From Desulfomonilia bacterium (GTDB taxonomy: Bacteria; Desulfobacterota; Desulfomonilia; UBA1062), in the NCBI GenBank assembly GCA_963664325.2, contig CAXXDQ010000003.1, positions 864,001-928,000 on the forward strand: 64,000 nt of DNA, given 5' to 3'. The notes beneath the pieces are model-generated. The model did not search any database. It saw only the letters and a program-made list of their open reading frames with translations, and had not been told where the DNA came from. Position numbers and translations under genes: made by a program. Within the stretch, counting starts at the first letter, position 1, and every line of letters starts with the position of its first letter. Positions 48,704 to 59,210 of this stretch are shown piece after piece.

Positions 48704-50827
48704 ATGAAAAGGCTGTGTATATTTATTGTAATCGCATTCGTTTTTTTATACGGATGCGACAAGGCAGGGACAAATGCAGACATCGTTGGAGAGAGCCTTG
48801 ACAGCGGTTCGGTGGATTTGTCCCAAAGCGTTATCATTGCGAACTCGCTTGCGGAGACGCTCTCGGTCCTTGATGACAACGGTGCCATACACAATAACGT
48901 TCAGGTCACCGGTGCTGCCCCCAACTCGATTTTGTATGAAACGCCTTATGTCTATGTAATAAATTCCCAGAGCAATTCGGTACTGGTCCTGAACGAAAAG
49001 GACCTTTCAATTGCGGGCGAAATTTCAGTGGGCACGAACAAAAACCCCATGTATGCAGCAGTTGCGGGTGAACATATTCTGGCTGTAAGTGGTTTTATTT
49101 CTCAAACCCTGGACATTCTCGACACCAGCCAGAAAAAGGTAACCTCAAGCATCGACCTTTCGGCCATAACGCTGCCCTGCGATGTCGCCGGCATTGCCGG
49201 GAAAAGCTACCCTCAGGGTGTGGCCGTAACCGAAGGCAGGATATTTGTGGCATTGTCCAATCTTACCGATTACTATGGCGGCCTGACAGCCGCAGGTTCC
49301 GGGGTTGTAGCCGTATTTGACGCCGCCACGCTTGAAAGCCTCGGCACCGTTGTACTGGAAGGCGCCGATCCGGTTGATGTCAAGGCTGTCGGCGGAAAGG
49401 TGATAGTCGCCTGCGCTGGCCACTATGAAGGGGATATCACCAAACCGCAGAGCAAGGGCTTCAAGGGGGACGGCACCATCGAGATTATTGATGCGGCATC
49501 TCTGGGCCTTGATAAATCATATCACCTCTCAGCCGCACCGTTTTCTTTCTCCGTATCTTCTTCGGGCATCATTTATGCGACAAACGCCATGGGCGGGAAT
49601 ATCCCGGAAATCGACCTTGCCACAGGGGACATCTCATACCTGAACCTTGCAAGTGCGTTCATATCCTCGGTCCTCAGCGTAGACGGCATGCTTTATGCGC
49701 TGGATTTTTCCAATGACAGGCTTTATGTCTTGAATTCAGGCGGGACTGTTCAGACCCAATATACGGTCGGGGACGGCCCGATCGCCATGCTGTCCATTGC
49801 CCAGGTAACCGCAGGTAATTATATAATACCGAAATTGAGCATCAATCCGGTCCCGGCCCCGGCCGGCGCTGAAGTGACCTTCGACGCATCAGAGAGCCTG
49901 GTACCTGACGGCAGTTATGTTTTTACGTGGGATTTCGGAGACGGCCGGACCGCCGCCGGCGAGACGGTCAAACATGCCTATGACGAAGTAGGCGAATATC
50001 CTGTAACGCTTACGATATCCGGGGAAAAAGGCACCGCTTCGTCTTCACCGCTGCCTGTGATGATCGTTAAAAACTCTCCGTTTGCATCATCTGTGATCAG
50101 TTTTTCTCCTGCACCCGGGCAGTTTTTTAATGATCCCCAATACAATGATCCCGACAAGGCGCTCGGCCGGCCCTATGGCGGGACAAATCCGTATGTCCCT
50201 GACAACTCTTCGATAGTGAGCCTTGGAGGCTTCGGGGGTTTTATCACCCTGGCCTTTGATCATGAGGTGATAAATAACCCGGACGGTCCGGACTTTATTG
50301 TCTATGGGAATGCAATGTATGCCCCATATCCCATACGATGGATACAGCCCGGAATCGTCGAGATAAGCCGGGACAACGTTAGCTGGTATCTTATTGCCGG
50401 ATCATCGCTTGAAGGCTCGCCAGGCTCTCCTGCATATGCAAGGGTTGAGAAATATTACGCGGAAACCGGCCAGACAATGAGCGCCTATAAGCTTCCGTCA
50501 ACGCTGGCCGATAATATCGCAGACAATAAATATCTTATCTGGGGTTATGCCAATCTCAGCCCGGTGCTGGCGCTGCCTTCCGGCGCTGATCCCTTGGTTT
50601 TCTACACAACGCCTGATAATCCTTTCAATATTGGGATTGATCCTGGAACAGGCGGCGGCGATGCTTTTGATATCGAATGGGCAGTCGATCCCATAACCGG
50701 CGAAAAGGCGCATCTCGCGGGATTCAGATATATCCGGATCACAACTGCAATTGATGCGCAGCACGGAAACGGTCTCGGCGAGTACCGTACCAATATCGAT
50801 GCGGTCGCGGATATTGGAATCGAATAA
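48704..50827 (+). CDS. Lipoprotein: beta-propeller + PKD + C-terminal APGQF-type domain (candidate cobamide-binding surface protein)
   Basis: Lipobox LYGC; YVTN/YncE-like repeats; WDFGDG; FSPAPGQF, SLGGFGG, DFIVYGNA and FDIEWAVD. Confidence 0.75.
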   Translation: MKRLCIFIVIAFVFLYGCDKAGTNADIVGESLDSGSVDLSQSVIIANSLAETLSVLDDNGAIHNNVQVTGAAPNSILYETPYVYVINSQSNSVLVLNEKDLSIAGEISVGTNKNPMYAAVAGEHILAVSGFISQTLDILDTSQKKVTSSIDLSAITLPCDVAGIAGKSYPQGVAVTEGRIFVALSNLTDYYGGLTAAGSGVVAVFDAATLESLGTVVLEGADPVDVKAVGGKVIVACAGHYEGDITKPQSKGFKGDGTIEIIDAASLGLDKSYHLSAAPFSFSVSSSGIIYATNAMGGNIPEIDLATGDISYLNLASAFISSVLSVDGMLYALDFSNDRLYVLNSGGTVQTQYTVGDGPIAMLSIAQVTAGNYIIPKLSINPVPAPAGAEVTFDASESLVPDGSYVFTWDFGDGRTAAGETVKHAYDEVGEYPVTLTISGEKGTASSSPLPVMIVKNSPFASSVISFSPAPGQFFNDPQYNDPDKALGRPYGGTNPYVPDNSSIVSLGGFGGFITLAFDHEVINNPDGPDFIVYGNAMYAPYPIRWIQPGIVEISRDNVSWYLIAGSSLEGSPGSPAYARVEKYYAETGQTMSAYKLPSTLADNIADNKYLIWGYANLSPVLALPSGADPLVFYTTPDNPFNIGIDPGTGGGDAFDIEWAVDPITGEKAHLAGFRYIRITTAIDAQHGNGLGEYRTNIDAVADIGIE

Positions 50828-50853
50828 AACATTATACAAACTGGAGGATGGAT

Positions 50854-52035
50854 ATGAAAAGACTTTTACTGGTTTCGATGACGGCGGTATTTTTTATGGC
50901 AGCAGGCTGTATGCCGGTTGCGGATGCTGGGAAAGACCTGAAAATTCTGAACGGCCTCGATGTAACCCTTGACGGTTCGAATTCCACGGTCAAGATCGGA
51001 AAAATTACAAATTATGGCTGGGATTTCGGGGATGGTGTGCAGGCAAACGGCATAACCGTTAAACATAAATATGCCGCTGCGGGTTCGTATGAAGTCACTC
51101 TTACCGTAAAAGACAATACCGGATTCAAAGCAACGGACAAGGCCACAGTAAGTGTCATCGACTGGGACGTCCTGGCAACGCCTGTCAATGCAGGCGGGCA
51201 TGTCATACAGGCCCCTCTGGTCGACTTTCTCCCTGACGGCAGGATGGTGATCGCCGAGGGCAACAGCGCAACCGAGATTGAGATTGCAGTAGAGACATCA
51301 GAGAACAGCAAGACCTTCAATTATGTAACGAGCATTATACCCGGGACCCAATCCAGTTTCGGCAGCTTTATAAAAGCATCTGATGCGGATACGGTTGTCC
51401 TGGGCGCCAGCACGCATATCTATAAAATCAATCTTGTTACCGGGGAGCATTCAACACTGGCTGCAGCCGCCAATTTCGATGCGGTCCTCTCAGGTTCCAG
51501 GCTTTACTTTACATGGTCGAGCTATAATCCCGACTGGTCCGCAAACAGCCATGTGAGCAGTCTCGATATTGATGCTCCGGGAACGGTTGCAGAGGTGATT
51601 TCGGATATCCCCGGTGCATCTGCCGGGGTCTGCCTGGACGGCGGCGGCAATATCTATACGGGCAATGGCTACTCCAATTACGGCATCCCCAATGAGACCG
51701 GGCTTATTAAACGCTTTGCGCTTTCGGATTCGCCTCAAACATGGGCTGACGGTGATTCAGTGGCCAAAGTATTGAGTGCCACGCCTTTGATCTATGCCGG
51801 GAACGATACAATCCTTACGGCCGGGGGCGATATCTTCGGAACCGGTGATGCCAACTATTTTGCAGCAATTGACGCTTCAACAGGAGACGAGATATTCAAG
51901 CTCGATCCCGATTCATCTGAGGATTCATACTACAAGCTGAGTGCCGGTAACGGACGCTTCACGGCTTCGATATGGAATTATACAAACAGCGTAGGGACTC
52001 TGTATCTGCTGCCCTTTGAGGCGCTCGGCCTGTAA
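50854..52035 (+). CDS. PKD-domain lipoprotein with probable C-terminal beta-propeller
   Basis: GGAGG RBS; lipobox AAGC; ADAG..., WDFGDG, LPDGR and GNIYTGNG; third gene of the B12 operon. Confidence 0.75.
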   Translation: MKRLLLVSMTAVFFMAAGCMPVADAGKDLKILNGLDVTLDGSNSTVKIGKITNYGWDFGDGVQANGITVKHKYAAAGSYEVTLTVKDNTGFKATDKATVSVIDWDVLATPVNAGGHVIQAPLVDFLPDGRMVIAEGNSATEIEIAVETSENSKTFNYVTSIIPGTQSSFGSFIKASDADTVVLGASTHIYKINLVTGEHSTLAAAANFDAVLSGSRLYFTWSSYNPDWSANSHVSSLDIDAPGTVAEVISDIPGASAGVCLDGGGNIYTGNGYSNYGIPNETGLIKRFALSDSPQTWADGDSVAKVLSATPLIYAGNDTILTAGGDIFGTGDANYFAAIDASTGDEIFKLDPDSSEDSYYKLSAGNGRFTASIWNYTNSVGTLYLLPFEALGL

Positions 52036-52093
52036 ATGGCGTCACGTCTTTGCATATCAATGCCGTTTCTCATCGAGGTCATTGAGGCAAAGA

Positions 52094-52176
52094 TAAGTTT
52101 TTGAGCTGTTAAGCTGTTGAGCGAAACCTTGTTGTGTTGTTGTTTCTGCTTAGCTGCTTAATGGCTCATCAGCTTA
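52094..52176. repeat. Inverted pair of octamer tandem arrays after the B12 operon
   Basis: TAAGTTTT-TGAGCTGT-TAAGCTGT-TGAGC versus TCTGCTTA-GCTGCTTA-ATGGCTCA-TCAGCTTA. Confidence 0.55.
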
Positions 52177-52547
52177 TTTGTTAAATTGTAAGCCGCATTC
52201 CTCGATTTCGACGCAACCCGGTCTCCCTTGATTCGGGCTATGGCGGCCCTGAACCTTCGGGCGTTCATGCGGTGCGTAAATTCTCATAATGAATTGTTGT
52301 TACGCACTTTAATGATGGCTTATAGATCGTTTTACTTTGCCATCCTGGAATCCTTATTGAAATTACCAAATGAAAACTTAAGCATTAACCAAGCAGATAT
52401 AACTTCAAGATATCTGAATTATTACAAGCCTAAGAAATGAAAACTTTCATGCCATACTGGAAACTGAAGCATAAATGGCTTTTAGTTCATATCAGCAGCG
52501 GAGATTATAAGTTTTACAATCCTCTTACATATGTAATTTCTGCATTG

Positions 52548-53393
52548 TCAATTTTGCTTGGTGGTCACGAAAGCCTCGACGCCTGCAACGCCCAGGCCTG
52601 GATTGAAATTTGCCCAGGTCCAGTTTAAAATTATCCCGCATCCGCGATCATGCCATTTAACTTCCGAAGCCCTGAGCTGAATGGCCGTGCCGACTAACCA
52701 ACCTAGTACTGGAGGTTCAATAAAATACTTGCAGCAGACAGCGGTGATTGATGCAGCATAACCGGCAATTTGTGTGTCGCCGTGATCAAGGTAAAACTGC
52801 AATCCCCACCAGTGGTGTAATAATTTCGTAAAATTTTCCTTGCATTTGGTTTTAGACCCTTCAAGCCCCGAATCACATGTTTTCAGCTCTTCAAGCGTCT
52901 GATATTGAGGTTGTTCTCTGAAATAAGCAAAACCTGCATCGTTTTCAACAATCTGCCAGTAAATTTCACAGTTAAGGTCGGCATAATTCTGGTTCAGCGC
53001 AGTTTCAAGGTCGCTCAATATCAGATTTGCATCACCGTGTTTTTCTGAGAGACGGTACGCATTCAGAAAGTCGTCACCTCCATCGTTTGGATAAATCATG
53101 TTGAATTGGGATAACGTAGCATCCCATCCAGCCTCATCACCCATTGCATATTCAATCTGGGCTTTCAGCAGCAATGCATCCCTTAATTGAGTGTATGAAA
53201 TTGAAGTATTTACGTCTGCAAGCGCTTGAAGCTGATTTCCGCTCTGTAAATCCTGATATGCACTCTCAAGATACTGGTTTGCAAGTCCTACATCATCCGT
53301 ATTACTACTGCTGCTCCCGCAGCTTGAAATAGCTGCAATATACATAGACAGAAGAATATATTCCCCGATCGTGACTGCTTTTCTCATAATCAT
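52548..53393 (-). CDS. Hypothetical lipoprotein with TPR-like helical region and hydrophobic C-terminal domain
   Basis: GAGGA RBS; ISSC lipobox with Ser linker; helical repeats; lower GC than its neighbours. Confidence 0.6.
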   Translation of the reverse strand: MIMRKAVTIGEYILLSMYIAAISSCGSSSSNTDDVGLANQYLESAYQDLQSGNQLQALADVNTSISYTQLRDALLLKAQIEYAMGDEAGWDATLSQFNMIYPNDGGDDFLNAYRLSEKHGDANLILSDLETALNQNYADLNCEIYWQIVENDAGFAYFREQPQYQTLEELKTCDSGLEGSKTKCKENFTKLLHHWWGLQFYLDHGDTQIAGYAASITAVCCKYFIEPPVLGWLVGTAIQLRASEVKWHDRGCGIILNWTWANFNPGLGVAGVEAFVTTKQN

Positions 53394-53824
53394 TCGTCCT
53401 CTTGATTTTTGTTGGAGCTTATCCCCGAAGTTGTGTCGAGTTAATCCATCGGCAAAAAAGTGACATATCTTTAACTGATAAGGTTTTGAACAAGAATGGT
53501 CTGCATGGAAAGTCTGGATTTACCGCGTATAATCCGGGCTGGCTGTGAGCTCATGTATCTTATCCGGCAAAACATCGTATTACCATGTCGTGGCCTGCCT
53601 TTACTCTATCCACTATAAGTCACAATTGGGGATTGTAAATTACAGATCCTTGAAATGCTTTTTGTGGTTTTCTGCATCATATCAAATTGCAGACCGGATT
53701 ATGACGGTAATATAAATTTTAATTATCAAACGATCCGATACTCATGCGGCAATAAGAATGAAGCAAAAGAGATTACCGGGAAACCAGCCATTCTTTTCAT
53801 ATCCGCTTTTAGAGGTTATTGTTT

Positions 53825-54973
53825 TTATTTTCGAACTGAAAATTTATAAATCGTCGTCTGCTGGTATCTTTCTCCCGGACGAAGGACAACGCTCGGGAAT
53901 ATCGGCTCGTTGGGCGAGTCGGGAAGGTGCTCGGCTTCAAGAACGAGCCCGCAATGTTTGGAATAGGCAATGCCGTTCCTGCCAGGTATTCCTTCCATGT
54001 AATTACCGGTGTATATCTGTAGCGCCGGTTCGGTCGAAAGAAGAGTTAAAACACGACCGGAATCCGGATCGTACAACTCCAGAAATGGTCTGGGCCTTGT
54101 CGATGGACCATACAGTCCCTTTATAATCCAGCAGTGGTCATAACCGCCTCCCGCAATTTTCAACTGCTCATCATCAGCATGGATGTCTTTGCCCAAGGTC
54201 TTCGGTTTCTTGAAATCAAAGGGCGTAGAGTCGACTTTGAGCATTTCGCCGGTCGGGATGCGTGTGCTGTCTACAGGCAGGTAGAGGTCTGAAAAGATTT
54301 TGAGCTGCTCGTTCAATACAGGCGTTTTCCCAGCATCCTTCAGATTGAAATACGGATGGAATGATAGGGCGACAATAGTCGGCTCGGTCGTGGCAGCTCT
54401 GTAGTCGATGACCAGTTCGTCATTATCTGTAAGGGTGTATATAACATGTACTGTCAGTTTTCCCGGGTAGCCCTGGTCACCGTCGTCGCTTACAAGTTTG
54501 AAAACGGCTGAATTACCGTCAGATCCATCATATATCCACAGCTTTTTATTGAACCCCTCCACGCCTCCATGGAGATGGTTAGGGCCGTTGTTTGTCGCCA
54601 GCGCATATTTTTTGCCGTTCAGTTCGAACCTGCCTTTGGCTATGCGGTTTGCATATCTGCCGACAATGACGCCGAAGTATGAAAGCGGCCTGTCGGTAAA
54701 ATAATCTTGAAGCGTATCATACCCGAGTGTCACTTCATCTGTTTTACCGTTTCTGTCAGGTGTCTTGATTGAAGTGACGGTCGCGCCGAAGTCCATGACC
54801 TTAACCTGCATGCCGTTCTTGTTGGTCATTGTATATTCATAGACAGTCCTGCCGTCTGCAAGCATGCCGAACTCTTTTTTCTCAATACCTGAACTGGCAA
54901 AAACATAATTGGGCAACATTATCAGCACAGTAAAGATAAACAAAATGGAATCAGGTCTTTTTATAATTTCCAC
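53825..54973 (-). CDS. galM: Aldose 1-epimerase (galactose mutarotase), signal-peptide-bearing
   Basis: GRYANRI, NHLHGG, HPYFNL, GYDH and QIYTGN; GGGAGG then GTG start. Confidence 0.93.
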   Translation of the reverse strand: MEIIKRPDSILFIFTVLIMLPNYVFASSGIEKKEFGMLADGRTVYEYTMTNKNGMQVKVMDFGATVTSIKTPDRNGKTDEVTLGYDTLQDYFTDRPLSYFGVIVGRYANRIAKGRFELNGKKYALATNNGPNHLHGGVEGFNKKLWIYDGSDGNSAVFKLVSDDGDQGYPGKLTVHVIYTLTDNDELVIDYRAATTEPTIVALSFHPYFNLKDAGKTPVLNEQLKIFSDLYLPVDSTRIPTGEMLKVDSTPFDFKKPKTLGKDIHADDEQLKIAGGGYDHCWIIKGLYGPSTRPRPFLELYDPDSGRVLTLLSTEPALQIYTGNYMEGIPGRNGIAYSKHCGLVLEAEHLPDSPNEPIFPSVVLRPGERYQQTTIYKFSVRK

Positions 54974-55569
54974 GATAACCTCCCTAATTGAGAAATTTAT
55001 CTGAGTTTGCGGATAAGTGTTACAACTATAATTCTATTTGATGATTTTTTATAGCGGCTCTTTTCCTGTTTATGTAATCTGTGATTATCCATTATTGAAT
55101 ATATGATCTGAAGTTCCGGGCAACCGGACCAAAAAGCGAAACTGAATAGTTCTGTAAGGCAATGATGCTCCTGCCAGAGTATACATATCTGCAATAGATG
55201 ACAGATTATTGATCCTTTAAAATGTGAATATATCGTTTTGAAATCAATCTCCCTGAATATAAGTTTCATACTATCCATCCTGGCGAGCGATAAGAGAAAA
55301 GTGATTTTACGGATTCACGACCAGTCAGATTTATTCGGTATGGTGCAACTACATACGGAAAATGCGAATGAATAATCATTACATCTTTATAACATGCAGC
55401 ATCAGGTCCCCTCACATTCCCAAATGACATTAGCATAATATGACTATTCGTATCGGCAACCGGACAATATGTTGATTTAGTTGGAAACCTCAATTATATA
55501 TAAGCATATTCGATTGATATGATATTCTGATTCTGCTGCCAATAAGCAAGGTTTTAAAGGAGACCGTCA

Positions 55570-57897
55570 ATGACAGACAAAAAGGCGGGAAAAGGAAAAC
55601 CTGCTGTCCTGAGAAAATCATACGAATTCTTTGACAACCTGCCGGAAGGCTGCCAGATCATAGATTTCGACTGGCGCTATGTTTATATAAACGATGCCGC
55701 GCTGACGCATAGCCGGCTTCCGAAAGAGGAAATGATCGGCAACAAATATATGGAAATGTGGCCCGGCATTGAAGAAACGGAAGTCTTCGACAGAATCCGG
55801 CACTGTATGGAAGACCGCGTTTCCGATCAGATTGAGAACCTGGTCGTTTTCCCTGACGGGTTAAAGGGCTGGTACAAGCTGAGCATTCAGCCTGTTCCGG
55901 AAGGCGTCTTCATCCTGTCCATGGATATTACCGAACGAAAACAGGCGGAGGAGGAAATAAAGGAAGCCAAGGCGTTTCTGGACAAGGTCATCGATATGAG
56001 CCCGTTCGCCACATGGATTTCAGACAGGGAAGGGACAGTCATAAGGGTAAACCGTTCCCTGTGCGAAACAATTAATCTCTCGGGGGACAAGATAGTCGGC
56101 AAATACAATGTGCTAAGGGATGTAAACCTTGAGAATCAGGGTGTCATGCCCGGGATAAAGGCTATATTCGAGAGGCACGTGCCGACGCGCTTCAGTATCC
56201 CCTGGAAGGCCACAGATGCCGGTGATGTGAGTTTCAATAGCGCGCGGGATATGTTCATTGACGTATCCATGTTCCCTATACTGAACATGCAAGGGGAGCT
56301 CACGAATGTGGTGTGCCACTGGGTTGATCTGACGGAACACAAGCGTGCGCAGGAGGTGCTGCAAGAGAGCGAGGAGCGCTTCCGGACCCTTGTCGACGGG
56401 GCACCGGACGGTATTTTCGTACAGGGCGATGGGCGTATGCTGTACATAAATCCGGCCATGGTGAGGCTCCTCGGAGCAGAGCGGGCCGAGGACCTGCTGG
56501 GAACGGAATTCATTGCGCTGATCGCCCCGGAGTACCTGGAGGCCGTCCGTGACCGTATCCGGGTCCAGCGTGAAACGGGCCTGCCGGTGCTGCCCATGGA
56601 GCAGGAATATCTGAGGGTCGACGGCTTGCGGGTTGCGGTCGAAACGGTGGCGGTGCCTTTGCGGTTTCAGGGCCGCGACGCACACCTGGTTTTTGTGCGC
56701 GACTGTACGGCACGGCGGAAAGCCGAGGAGGAGAAGGAGAGCCTCCAGACCCAGCTTCAGCAGGTTCAAAAGATTGAGTCGATAGGACGCCTGGCCGGTG
56801 GTGTGGCCCATGACTTCAACAATATGCTTGGAGTGATTCTCGGCCGTACGGAAATGGCTATGGACAGGGCGGAGCTGTCTCACCCGCTCCGTAACGATCT
56901 GGAAGAGATCAGCAAGGCGGCCAGACGGTCGGCTGATCTTACCCGGCAACTTCTTGCCTTTGCGAGGAAGCAGACGATAGCTCCCAGGATGCTGGACCTT
57001 AATGAAACTGTGGAAGGTATGCTTAAAATGCTTCAGCGCCTTATCGGTGAAGATATAAAACTGGCCTGGATTCCCGGCAGGAACCTGTGGCCGGTAAACG
57101 TGGACCCGTCACAGATCGACCAGATACTGGCCAATCATTGCATTAATTCCCGCGATGCCATCTCGTCCGGCATGGGCAAAATCACTATTGAAACATGCAA
57201 CAGCGTCTTCGATGACGACTACTGCACTTCTCATCCCGGCTATGTTCCGGGAGAATACGTGATGCTGGCCGTGAGCGACAACGGCGCAGGCATGGACAGG
57301 GAAATGCTGCTCCACATTTTCGAACCGTTCTTCACAACAAAGGAAATCGGAAGAGGCACCGGCCTTGGACTGTCCACCGTATACGGTATTGTCAAGCAGA
57401 ACAACGGCTTCATCAACGTATATAGCGAACCTGGACAGGGAACGACTTTCAAGATCTATATGCCCCGCCATACTACCATTTATGCTGATGCACCCAAGGA
57501 AACGCAGGAGGAGCATGCTGTGAGCGGTCATGAAACCATACTGCTGGTCGAGGATGAACAGGCCATCCTGAAAATGACCGCGACTATGCTCGAGAAACAA
57601 GGCTATAACGTAATTTCTGCCCTTTCTCCGGATGAGGCACTCCGTCTGGCAAAGGAATACAAAGGCGATATTCACCTTGTCATGACCGACGTGGTCATGC
57701 CCGGGATGAACGGCAGGGAACTTGTAGAAAATCTATTGTCTCAATACCCAGGGATCAAGAGCCTGTACATGTCGGGATATACGGCCAATGCGATCGCCCA
57801 CCATGGAGTCCTTGGCCCCGGCGTCAATTTCATCATGAAGCCGTTCGCAATAAAAACCCTGGCTTCTACTGTACGCAGGACACTTGACGGCAAGTAA
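55570..57897 (+). CDS. Hybrid sensor histidine kinase/response regulator with three PAS domains
   Basis: Three PAS/PAC segments; AGGVAHDFNN, DNGAGM, FEPFFTTK, GTGLGL; REC domain (VEDE, TDVVMP); no TM helix. Confidence 0.95.
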   Translation: MTDKKAGKGKPAVLRKSYEFFDNLPEGCQIIDFDWRYVYINDAALTHSRLPKEEMIGNKYMEMWPGIEETEVFDRIRHCMEDRVSDQIENLVVFPDGLKGWYKLSIQPVPEGVFILSMDITERKQAEEEIKEAKAFLDKVIDMSPFATWISDREGTVIRVNRSLCETINLSGDKIVGKYNVLRDVNLENQGVMPGIKAIFERHVPTRFSIPWKATDAGDVSFNSARDMFIDVSMFPILNMQGELTNVVCHWVDLTEHKRAQEVLQESEERFRTLVDGAPDGIFVQGDGRMLYINPAMVRLLGAERAEDLLGTEFIALIAPEYLEAVRDRIRVQRETGLPVLPMEQEYLRVDGLRVAVETVAVPLRFQGRDAHLVFVRDCTARRKAEEEKESLQTQLQQVQKIESIGRLAGGVAHDFNNMLGVILGRTEMAMDRAELSHPLRNDLEEISKAARRSADLTRQLLAFARKQTIAPRMLDLNETVEGMLKMLQRLIGEDIKLAWIPGRNLWPVNVDPSQIDQILANHCINSRDAISSGMGKITIETCNSVFDDDYCTSHPGYVPGEYVMLAVSDNGAGMDREMLLHIFEPFFTTKEIGRGTGLGLSTVYGIVKQNNGFINVYSEPGQGTTFKIYMPRHTTIYADAPKETQEEHAVSGHETILLVEDEQAILKMTATMLEKQGYNVISALSPDEALRLAKEYKGDIHLVMTDVVMPGMNGRELVENLLSQYPGIKSLYMSGYTANAIAHHGVLGPGVNFIMKPFAIKTLASTVRRTLDGK

Positions 57898-58014
57898 GGA
57901 CATAAACGGCTTAGCTGTTACACAATGGCTCAAGTTGACACAAACCTGTTTGTGATTGTGATTTATCCATCCCTGTGTGAATATACTGTTCGAGGGATAC
58001 CGGCACTCCTTTTG

Positions 58015-58959
58015 CTATCGGGGGATATCCGATAACGGCATGATAAAAACTCCCCTGCCGTTCATATTCATGCTCCTGCCCTTCAAACCAAACTCAGTGA
58101 TATAAAGAAAATCCGGGCGGAAGCCGGGTCCTTTGCCGAATTTGCAGGAAGAAGGTGCCTTCAGGTCACCAGTCCTGTAGCCGATGCTTACAACTCCGTC
58201 CTTGACAGGGACTATAGCCTGTTCCGAATTGAAGCACATCCACACGGTTCCATCCTGTGCCGTATCCATGTCATCAAATAAATGAAACTTTCCCGGGGCA
58301 TAAAGAATTTTTTTCTGCCTCGTTTTCATGTCAAGCTCGATAAGCCTGCCGTCAAGGTTTGTTATATAAAGCCTGGATTCATCAGGCGAAAAGGCAAGGC
58401 CATTTGTTATGCCTCCGGTCTCGATAAAAATCTCCGGATTTGTAAAACTCCCGTCATCTCCGATTTTTGAACGCAAGACCCTGCCTTTCGGGTTCAAAAT
58501 AGACATGTTGGATGAAGCAATATAGAGATAGCCGTCCCTGTCCTGAGCCATGCCGTTCAACCCTTCGACAGGGGAGGATACGGGAGAGGCGTTTGTGAAA
58601 TCCTTGTTAACCCGGTAAATCCTGTGCTCATCCTTATCGTTTAAAACACCCACATAGAGCTTGCCATCAGGACCGACCTCTACATCCAGGCACATTTTGC
58701 CCATTTTTCTTTTATCCGTGATTCTGCCTGTATAGGGGTCCTCTGTCGGAACAACCCGGTATATCATTCCATCAAGCCCGGTTACGAACATATTGCCCAG
58801 ACCGTCGAATGCAAGGTTTTCGGCTCCATGCATGCCGGATACATAAGGTTTTATCCAGGGCTTGTCCTGGCCGATGCTGATGATTTTCAGTCCGCTCGAG
58901 CAGGCTGATAGAAAAAACAGGCAAGAAATAATATAATATGTCTTGGTCTCGACTCTCAT
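58015..58959 (-). CDS. SMP-30/gluconolactonase/LRE-family lipoprotein
   Basis: Lipobox LSAC; AENLAFD, NGMA, NGLAFSPD, PSSCKFG and LYIT motifs. Confidence 0.8.
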   Translation of the reverse strand: MRVETKTYYIISCLFFLSACSSGLKIISIGQDKPWIKPYVSGMHGAENLAFDGLGNMFVTGLDGMIYRVVPTEDPYTGRITDKRKMGKMCLDVEVGPDGKLYVGVLNDKDEHRIYRVNKDFTNASPVSSPVEGLNGMAQDRDGYLYIASSNMSILNPKGRVLRSKIGDDGSFTNPEIFIETGGITNGLAFSPDESRLYITNLDGRLIELDMKTRQKKILYAPGKFHLFDDMDTAQDGTVWMCFNSEQAIVPVKDGVVSIGYRTGDLKAPSSCKFGKGPGFRPDFLYITEFGLKGRSMNMNGRGVFIMPLSDIPR

Positions 58960-59210
58960 ATTAATATTTTTGATCCCTCTGATCCTTTTAAATTGTCGAT
59001 CCAGGATAGCTGTTATTGTAAATAAAGCTTATATCTGAATTGTCAGCCAGTTCAACGTAATTATCGTTAACAAGATATTTCCGGTAATAAAGTCCGTTAC
59101 AGATCATTTCAAATCGGCAAATGATCTTTTCCCTCGGGTTGCTGCATGAAAGTAAAGAAAAGGCTACCCCTCAGGATGGAAAAAAGCTAGATGTTTTAAA
59201 AGGAGTGAGC

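Noticed and set aside
52192-52290. GC-rich, partly self-complementary stretch as a possible ncRNA or riboswitch
   Set aside because: Only short stems are visible and I recognised no family motif; an Rfam scan would be needed.
54997-55493. Two short minus-strand ORFs in an AT-rich intergenic region
   Set aside because: No RBS, motifs or coding-like composition; probably the divergent promoter region.
56113-56949. 278-aa minus-strand ORF
   Set aside because: Antisense shadow of the histidine kinase.
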